Program-made: the position numbers and the translations under genes
From: a bacterium
GTDB taxonomy: Bacteria > Zhuqueibacterota > Zhuqueibacteria > Zhuqueibacterales > Zhuqueibacteraceae
Length of the DNA stretch: 64,000 bases
Assembly (NCBI GenBank): GCA_044869275.1
Contig: JBIOXB010000137.1
Location: 27,049-91,048, forward strand
Direction of reading: 5' to 3'
Shown: positions 57,325 through 64,000 of the stretch, in pieces
Layout: every line of letters begins with the position of its first letter
Position numbering within the stretch: position 1 is the first letter of the stretch
The notes under the pieces: generated by a model
Told to the model about the DNA's origin: nothing
What the model saw: only the letters and a program-made list of their open reading frames with translations
Databases searched by the model: none

Positions 57325-59700
57325 TTATTTGGAGGAATGCAATGAAATTTGTTCGAAAGTCAAATTCGAGATCGGATAGTGTTGCCAGTCCTTGAAATCG
57401 AAGTGCCACCATTTCCATTCATACACACGAAAGCCCTCGTCTTCCATCGCCTGGCGCAGTATGCCGCGATGCCAGCGTTGTATGCTCGCGCCGCCGGGAT
57501 AGTCGGGATTGGCACGGTCGGTAAATTCATCGTAGCCGCTGACCATTTCGACCGGCTGGCCGGTTTTGAGATCGCACAAAGTCAAATCCACGGCACAACC
57601 GCGATTGTGCCGCGAACCTCTCACGGGATCGGCAACAAAGAGCTTTTTATCCGCTGGCGTCGCTTCCCAGAACATCTTGGTGACGTACCAAGGGCGGTAA
57701 GCGTCGTGAATCAACAGCCCAAAGCCTTTCTGATTGAGCTTGCGCTGTACGCGCGCCAGCGCTTCTGCCGCTTGGCGCTGCAGGAAAGCTTTGGGTTGCT
57801 CATAGAAAACCATGTCCATGAAGTTATTGCGCGTGGCATAACGAATGTCATAATTGATCGAGGGCGCAAGCGCACGCAATTCCACCAAATCAGATTCAAA
57901 AAATTCTCCCTCTTCTTCCGGCGGTGTTGCGGCGAGCGCCATCTTCTGCAATTCTGCCGCCGTTTTGAGCGGCGCTATACGGAAAGTTTCGCCAGCAACG
58001 GTGCCACCCGCCGCGCGCCTCCTGAACACCACGTTTGCGGCTTCCACCTCCCTCGCTTGACCGGTGCTGTCGCGCGCAAAAATTAACTTTTCGCCGTGAT
58101 ACAGTCCATAATCAGGAAACAAAAAAGTGTCCGGCGACATTTCCTGCAAAGGATAATTAAAAAACCATTCAATGAGCGCGTGCAACTGACCGTCCCGCTC
58201 CAAAATGTAAAGAGTATTGTGATCCCAGCCATATTCGCCAATCAATCCCTCCCACCAGCGCGGGATCGTTTGCGGCTTGTCGTTCGGCCGGCGCACGAAG
58301 ACTTCGTCGCCAAAATGCAGCTTCTCCCCATGGGGAATGAGCCGCGCGCCATAGGCCAGGCGATCATCGACGATCAAAGTATCGCCGCGCGCTTTCAAGT
58401 GAAAGAGAAACTCATTCAATGACAGATACAGCTTGCCGTCGCGTTCGATCAGCTCAAAGCGGGTTTTGTCCGTCACATATTTGCCGGCCCAACGGCGGGC
58501 AGTTTCCGCGCGGATCGAGTCCAGGGGAGCAAATCTTGGCAGGGGTTGACGATTACGCTGGGCGAGCATCAACGCCAAGGCATGATCGGCGATTCGCGTC
58601 ACCACGTGATTCGCGCAATCCAAAGTTGTTGCCACAATCGCGCCCAGTTTCACCTCGGGCAAGGCCGCAAGTTCCGTGGCAAATCCGTAGATGGCACCGC
58701 CATGGCCGACGCGGCTATAGCCCTGAAATTCGGAAAGTGCGAAGCCAATGCCGAAGCCGTTTCGGGGAGCGCCGTCCGCGAATTGCGGCTGCCACATTTG
58801 CGTGATCGTTTCCGGTTTTAAAACTTGGCCGTGCAGGCCTTTGCCGCCGTTAAACAGCACGCTCATGAAATCCGCCAAATCCGTCACCGGTGCATACATG
58901 CTTCCCGCCGGCGAGATACCCAGTTGAAAACTGGGGGCGAGGAAGCGGCGCTTGTCATACGTCCACATGTAGCCCTTTGCCAATTTCTTTTGCATCGCCG
59001 GCGTGGGTGCGAAAGCGCTGTTTTCCAGGCCCAGAGGTTTGAGCACGGCATTTTGCAAGTAAGTGGCAAACGCTTTTCCCTTCTTTTTCTCGAGAACATA
59101 GCCCACCGTTCCAATGCCAGCGTTCGAGTATTTGATGCGCGTTTCGGGCTCGTAAACCAATGCCGTTTGATTCAAGCTGGCAACCGTCGCGTCCAGTGCC
59201 GGTTCTGCCGGGTCGAAATAATTTCCCACCGGCGGTTCGCGTACCAACCCGGCGCGATGCGACATGAGCTGGCGCAGCGTGATCGCCCGGTCAAAAGGAT
59301 TGTGCGGCTTGAAATCGGGAAGGTAATTGGTGAGCGGCGCATCGAGATCAAGCTCGCCTTTTTCCACGAGCTGCATCACACCCATGTCCGTGAACAATTT
59401 GGACACCGAGCCGACGCGATAAACCGTTTGCGCCGTCGCGGAAACTTGGCGGTCAGGATCGGCCATGCCGAATCCTCTGGCCCAAACGGTTTCCTGATCA
59501 TCGACCAATGCGATCGAAAGCGCAGGCAGGCCTTTATCCTGCATCTCCTCGGCAATCATGCGTTCCAATTCTTGCACCACTTCCACGTAATCGGCGCGCG
59601 GGCCGATGACGCCAGGCTCTTGCTTCGCTTCATTCCCGCAGCTCAAAAAGAAAACGACAAAAAGCAAATATGGCATCGCACGCATCTTGGAATGTTTCAT
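57325..59700 (-). CDS. Lipoprotein: beta-lactamase-family serine hydrolase fused to a VanX/M15 D-Ala-D-Ala dipeptidase domain
   Basis: Lipobox FLSC; SxxK (GSVSK), YSN, HGG; C-terminal DIRYAT, DAYRP, SRHNRGCAVD, KWWHF. Confidence 0.9.
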   Translation of the reverse strand: MKHSKMRAMPYLLFVVFFLSCGNEAKQEPGVIGPRADYVEVVQELERMIAEEMQDKGLPALSIALVDDQETVWARGFGMADPDRQVSATAQTVYRVGSVSKLFTDMGVMQLVEKGELDLDAPLTNYLPDFKPHNPFDRAITLRQLMSHRAGLVREPPVGNYFDPAEPALDATVASLNQTALVYEPETRIKYSNAGIGTVGYVLEKKKGKAFATYLQNAVLKPLGLENSAFAPTPAMQKKLAKGYMWTYDKRRFLAPSFQLGISPAGSMYAPVTDLADFMSVLFNGGKGLHGQVLKPETITQMWQPQFADGAPRNGFGIGFALSEFQGYSRVGHGGAIYGFATELAALPEVKLGAIVATTLDCANHVVTRIADHALALMLAQRNRQPLPRFAPLDSIRAETARRWAGKYVTDKTRFELIERDGKLYLSLNEFLFHLKARGDTLIVDDRLAYGARLIPHGEKLHFGDEVFVRRPNDKPQTIPRWWEGLIGEYGWDHNTLYILERDGQLHALIEWFFNYPLQEMSPDTFLFPDYGLYHGEKLIFARDSTGQAREVEAANVVFRRRAAGGTVAGETFRIAPLKTAAELQKMALAATPPEEEGEFFESDLVELRALAPSINYDIRYATRNNFMDMVFYEQPKAFLQRQAAEALARVQRKLNQKGFGLLIHDAYRPWYVTKMFWEATPADKKLFVADPVRGSRHNRGCAVDLTLCDLKTGQPVEMVSGYDEFTDRANPDYPGGASIQRWHRGILRQAMEDEGFRVYEWKWWHFDFKDWQHYPISNLTFEQISLHSSK

Positions 59701-59739
59701 TCTTCTCTTTCTGATGTAGAATTCGTGTGTGTCATTCTG

Positions 59740-60264
59740 TTATGTCTGATAGATCGCTTTGAGGGGCTCCGGCAACAATGTGACCAAATCTGGATAAGCT
59801 TCAAGCAGACGAAAAATATCTGCCAGATCTTTCTGGCGCTTGCTGCGGCGCCGGTCCTGGTCGGACCAGGCCCATATTTTGCCTTGCAAAACATCTTCGA
59901 CTGCGGCCACCTTCATGTCATAACCCATGACTGTTCTCGATGCGGCACGCGAGATAAACGCCTGGTAGCGCGGATCAGTCTGTATCTGAATACGCAGCTC
60001 GGAGTCAGCACTTTTGAAGTTAATGCTATGCGGAAAATGCTTGACGGCAAACTTTTGCTCTGCTGCTTTGATCAGTTGTGAGGTGGCTTTGACCGTAATC
60101 ACTAAATCTAAATCCAGACTGACCACCGGTTCGACATAGGCATTCACCGCCAGGCCGCCAATGACGCAATAGTCGATATTCAAATCATGCAAAAGGTCAA
60201 GCAGCTCCTGCACGACATCGGCCTGAGCATTGGCAAGACCATTCAAAAACATTTTTCTTGTCAT
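59740..60264 (-). CDS. Pol-beta-like nucleotidyltransferase domain protein
   Basis: CVIGGLAVNAYVEPVVSLDLDLV (GG...DxD), GKIWAWSD..RRSKRQKDLADI. Confidence 0.75.
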   Translation of the reverse strand: MTRKMFLNGLANAQADVVQELLDLLHDLNIDYCVIGGLAVNAYVEPVVSLDLDLVITVKATSQLIKAAEQKFAVKHFPHSINFKSADSELRIQIQTDPRYQAFISRAASRTVMGYDMKVAAVEDVLQGKIWAWSDQDRRRSKRQKDLADIFRLLEAYPDLVTLLPEPLKAIYQT

Positions 60265-60336
60265 GATTTGATTCTCACTGATCAGAAGCCACAAGGTGTA
60301 TCACCGTAAAAACATGAAGCGTACTCCAACCACGCC

Positions 60337-61080
60337 TCATCCAGCGCCAAACCCGGTCACGATATACGTTCCGCTTTTCTCGTGTTTCGCCAAAGTAACG
60401 ATGCCGCATTTCTGCGCGTCGTGCAGCAGTTCTGAAAACGAACGATAACCGAATTCGCCTTCATCGAAAAACGGCCGCTTGCGCTTGATGGTTTCTTTGA
60501 TCATCGAGGCAAACAAAATCTCCTTGTTCTCGCGCACCAGGGCCTGAAGGGCGTCGATCAACCAATAGAACACCTGCGCCTTCTTGCGCGGCAGGCCTTT
60601 GATTTTGGGGGGTTCACCCACTGGGCGGAAAAGGTCCTCATAAAAGAGGAATTCGTCGCAATTGCTGATCAACAATTCCGAGGAGGCCTGCTTGCGGCCG
60701 ACGCCGATCAGCATCTTGCCGTTTTCTTTCAGCTTGGAAACCAGCGGGCTGAAATCGGAATCGCCCGAGACGATCACGAAAATATTGATGTGCTCTTTGG
60801 CGTAACAAAGCTCCATCGCATCCACGACCAGATGAATATCGGCGGAATTCTTGCCGGACATCTTGCGCCGCGGAATCTCGATGAGCTCGATGGCGGCTTG
60901 GTGCAAGGCTTCCTTTTCTTTGGGATAGCCATCCCAGTCCGAATACGCTCTTTTCGCGACGATTTTTCCCTTTTCCAGCAAGCGCCCTAAAACCTTCGTG
61001 ATGTCAAAAGGTAAGCCGGCGGCGTGATCGCCGAGCACGAGGTTTTCGAAATCAATGAAAACGGCAATTTTGTTTTCCAC
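60337..61080 (-). CDS. NYN (PIN-like, LabA/DUF88) domain protein with C-terminal OST-HTH/LOTUS
   Basis: IAVFIDFEN, GKNSADIHLVVDAM, VSGDSDFSPL, CDEFLFY, FDEGEFGYRSFSELL. GTG start. Confidence 0.92.
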   Translation of the reverse strand: MENKIAVFIDFENLVLGDHAAGLPFDITKVLGRLLEKGKIVAKRAYSDWDGYPKEKEALHQAAIELIEIPRRKMSGKNSADIHLVVDAMELCYAKEHINIFVIVSGDSDFSPLVSKLKENGKMLIGVGRKQASSELLISNCDEFLFYEDLFRPVGEPPKIKGLPRKKAQVFYWLIDALQALVRENKEILFASMIKETIKRKRPFFDEGEFGYRSFSELLHDAQKCGIVTLAKHEKSGTYIVTGFGAG

Positions 61081-61140
61081 AAGATCCCTTCTGCCTAAAA
61101 TTAGAAAACGGATAGACTACTGGTATGACTTAAACCATGA

Positions 61141-61169
61141 AATATAGCTTGTGGAAAGAGGAAAGGCAA
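61141..61169 (-). promoter_or_regulatory. Possible sigma70 promoter for the NYN gene
   Basis: Minus strand TTGCCT-17 nt-TATATT. Confidence 0.4.
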
Positions 61170-61211
61170 GGTGAGTTTGTTATCGAGGGTTGCATGGGAA
61201 GGGGGGAATAA

Positions 61212-61259
61212 AGATTGAGGATCGAGGATCGAAGATTGTGGATTGTAGATCGTGGATGG
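61212..61259. repeat. Tandem heptamer array (single arm)
   Basis: agattga ggatcga ggatcga agattgt ggattgt agatcgt ggatgg. Confidence 0.8.
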
Positions 61260-61522
61260 TAGCACGCGAGGTCCACCCAAGATTCAGTATCGTTTGCGAC
61301 GCTTCTTTTGTCTATACGACCAAGAGAAAATCTATGAGAAATCCTGCAACTGAACCATCATCATGTTCCGCGGGCGAAAAAGATTGTCGTAAAAAGTGTT
61401 GATTTACCGCAACTCATGTCATGTTGAACTGCTCATTCACCTGTGGCATAGACTTTGAATCTTATTCAAGTGCACGAATGAAATGCCGGCCTATCATCAA
61501 CTTTTATCATAGAGGTGGAATC

Positions 61523-61915
61523 ATGAATGGGTATGGGTCCTTTTTCGCACCGCAATACAATCCCGACTTTGATTTTTTTCAAGCTCTGCGTGGTTATTTT
61601 AAATTTGCAGTAGCGGTGCTCTTTTTTTTCACGCTGCTGGCTATACTTTTATGGAACATGCAGCCGTGGTTTGAGCTTGAGATCAAACCCAAGAACGCCA
61701 CGACGGAAAATATGCTGAATAAAAATTCCGAAATGGCGCTACAAAGCGACATGGAAATCTTCAACCATGTCGTACTTTCGGGCGAAACGTTGAGCGAGAT
61801 TGCTGAACATTACGGCGTGCCTTTCTCGAATTTGTCGAAGCAAAATAACCTTGACAATCCCAACGTGCTGCGAGCTGGACAACGATTGCAGATTTTGCGA
61901 CCGCGACAACGCTGA
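61523..61915 (+). CDS. Membrane-anchored LysM protein
   Basis: TM FAVAVLFFFTLLAILLW; LysM HVVLSGETLSEIAEHYGV..NNLDNPNVLRAGQRLQI. RBS GAGGTGG. Confidence 0.88.
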   Translation: MNGYGSFFAPQYNPDFDFFQALRGYFKFAVAVLFFFTLLAILLWNMQPWFELEIKPKNATTENMLNKNSEMALQSDMEIFNHVVLSGETLSEIAEHYGVPFSNLSKQNNLDNPNVLRAGQRLQILRPRQR

Positions 61916-62021
61916 TTTTTTTTCTCATTGCTTGGCATTCCATCTTCCTTGGACTCCTGATCCTTTGACCAACCGATGGCGCCGGGCTCCGGGGGGATAG
62001 CCCGGCTCGCCACCGGCAATT

Positions 62022-63731
62022 TTATTTCTGCAAAGCTTTGAGATATTCGCCGACGATTTTGACTTGTTCCGCCGTAACATTTAGAAAAGCCGCCATGCGG
62101 TGGAAATCACCGCCAAAACTCGTTTGCAATTCTCTAAAATAATCCGCCAAACGATTGGCACGGCGAATCGTCTTTTCTAGTTTATGGCTTTCGACGCCCC
62201 AGCCTTCGGCCAAGCGTTCAATGTTAACATTGGCTTGACCAAGCCCGGTGAGGAAAAAGGGACGCGCGTCGTCTAACGATTTGTAGGCGGTATTGCGCGC
62301 CACCCCCAACTTTTCAAGCACCGCTTCCATATGGCCCTCCTGCTCGATCAACGTACGCAAAAGAATCCTGTGGCGCAGGTTTTCTTCACGAGTGCTTTTA
62401 AAGCTGGCCGCTTCACCCGCCGGCAATTTCTTCAACACACTGTGATTCGAGGGCCTCGGCGCAATGTGCCGGGAAAGCAATTTTCTGAAATCATCGATGG
62501 TGAGCTCATCATGATTCCGCAAAATCGCCGCTTTTTTGATGACATTTTGCAGCTCGCGAACATTGCCGGGCCATTCATACTCTTGCAAGAGCGCAATCGC
62601 ATCGGAGGAAAGTCTCAAATCAGGATTTTTCTCTTCTTGTTGAATGGAATATAGATGGTGTTGGATGAGCAAAGGAATGTCTTCCCGGCGCTCGCGCAAG
62701 GGCGGCAAAGAGATGGAGATCACGTCCAGACGGAAATACAGATCTTCGCGAAACTTGCCCTGAGCCGCCAATTCTTTGAAATTTTTATTGGTCGCGGCAA
62801 TCACGCGAGTATCAACTGCAATCGGCTTGGTTGAACCGACACGCTGAATCTCTTTTTGCTCCAACACCCGCAGCAATTTCACTTGCACCTCTGCCGGCAC
62901 CTCCCCGATCTCGTCGAGAAAAATCGAGGTTCCCTCCGCTTGCTCGAAATAACCGATCTTGCCGCTGACTTCGGTAGCAGTGCGCGGCTCGATGCCAAAT
63001 AGTTCGCTTTCGATGAGGTTGGGCGCCAACGAGGCGATATTGGCGACGATCCAGGGACGGTCGCCACGTGGGCTTTGGGAATGGACGCTGAGCGCCACCA
63101 ATTCTTTGCCGGCGCCGGATTCGCCGGAAATCAAAACCGTTTCATCGGGGCTGCGCAACGACACTTTTTGAATGATCGTATAGAGCTCTTGCATCGGCTC
63201 GCTTTCACCAATCATCACGCCGAAATGATAATTCAAATTTGGATGCCGGTGCTCGTGAACACGCTTCTGCAGCTCGGCAAAATATTTCGCTTGTTTTAAA
63301 AGCGCCCGGTTGTTCCGCTCCAGCGTGCGCTTTTGTAGAGCGTTATAAATCGTCGTGTGCAGCTTTTCCGCAAAAATCTCAAAATCATCCTTGATGAGAA
63401 AATAATAAGCGCCATCCTTGATCGCCCGAATCGCGCTGTCTATCTCCCGCGACGTGCCGGTCAAAACGATGACTTCAACCGTTGCGTCAAGCGCTTTAAT
63501 CCGTTTCAGAACCTCGAAGCCGACGATCTCCGTTGGCATCCCCGCCCGCCGCGGCAACCCGAGATCGAGCAAGACGAGGTCATAGCCTCCCTGTTGAAAT
63601 TTTTCCAAGGCGGCTTCCGCATTATCGGCCACTTCGAGAATATACTCTTTCCTCAGTTTATCTTGGAGAAAATTGGCAAAATGGATGTTGTCTTCGATCA
63701 CCAGAACTTTGAACACATTCGTCGAATTCAT
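62022..63731 (-). CDS. NtrC-like response regulator with degenerate GAFTGA loop and extended C-terminus
   Basis: [50 protein letters not shown]. Confidence 0.9.
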   Translation of the reverse strand: MNSTNVFKVLVIEDNIHFANFLQDKLRKEYILEVADNAEAALEKFQQGGYDLVLLDLGLPRRAGMPTEIVGFEVLKRIKALDATVEVIVLTGTSREIDSAIRAIKDGAYYFLIKDDFEIFAEKLHTTIYNALQKRTLERNNRALLKQAKYFAELQKRVHEHRHPNLNYHFGVMIGESEPMQELYTIIQKVSLRSPDETVLISGESGAGKELVALSVHSQSPRGDRPWIVANIASLAPNLIESELFGIEPRTATEVSGKIGYFEQAEGTSIFLDEIGEVPAEVQVKLLRVLEQKEIQRVGSTKPIAVDTRVIAATNKNFKELAAQGKFREDLYFRLDVISISLPPLRERREDIPLLIQHHLYSIQQEEKNPDLRLSSDAIALLQEYEWPGNVRELQNVIKKAAILRNHDELTIDDFRKLLSRHIAPRPSNHSVLKKLPAGEAASFKSTREENLRHRILLRTLIEQEGHMEAVLEKLGVARNTAYKSLDDARPFFLTGLGQANVNIERLAEGWGVESHKLEKTIRRANRLADYFRELQTSFGGDFHRMAAFLNVTAEQVKIVGEYLKALQK

Positions 63732-64000
63732 AGCTGTTTTACCTCGTGCTGAATTATCTGTACAAATAAAAGGGCAGGGTATAGGCTATTACACTGTCAC
63801 CTTGAATACTGTACCCTTGTCATGTCATTCTGAAAGAATCTTGGTTGAATCAAGCACTGTGATTATGCTGCACAAGATTACCACGAAAATACCAGTTGCA
63901 TCCAATTGTTTTGTAGGGCTATACAAGGTGCAAACTCTTAAATCTTACGCAACTCAATTGGAATCCATTTTCATCACCGATGGGTGTCCAAACGGACATG

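Noticed and set aside
7381..59700. A D-amino-acid pathway linking dat, the D-aminoacylase and the VanX fusion
   Set aside because: The genes are 8-40 kb apart in unrelated operons, so there is no positional evidence for a shared system.
58825..60081. 418-aa plus-strand ORF
   Set aside because: Antisense to the serine hydrolase and nucleotidyltransferase genes.
63823..63890. Possible REP-like element (gtcattctgaaagaatcttg...caagatt)
   Set aside because: Only a 7-bp inverted match and no second copy in the window.

Overview
Bacterial chromosomal window, moderately GC-rich, with about 55 protein-coding genes, mostly on the minus strand. No rRNA, tRNA, CRISPR array or intact transposase was seen. 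Two secreted proteins end in an NxPNPF-type C-terminal sorting/Ig domain, and the intergenic regions hold many short palindromic repeats. Both point to an FCB-group organism such as candidate division KSB1 (inference). Housekeeping genes include hflK-hflC, clpB, gpmA, ppc, an MlaEFD-type transporter and gltS. The most notable accessory loci are: (1) a porin / periplasmic binding protein / four-helix-bundle histidine kinase / receiver-nucleotide cyclase operon whose cyclase has non-canonical base-specifying residues; (2) a PQQ-like beta-propeller / TonB receptor / solute symporter / GltS / Cys-motif GT4 / membrane protein cluster; (3) a five-gene diguanylate cyclase, kinase and sigma54 cascade with a consensus -24/-12 promoter; (4) an ECF sigma factor with a double zinc-finger anti-sigma next to a large secreted protein; (5) a serine hydrolase-VanX fusion with Lys at the catalytic Glu position. 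There are also several deletion-scarred gene remnants and at least four families of small repeats. Many starts were moved from the ORF track to the best-supported codon. All family calls come from motif recognition, not database searches.
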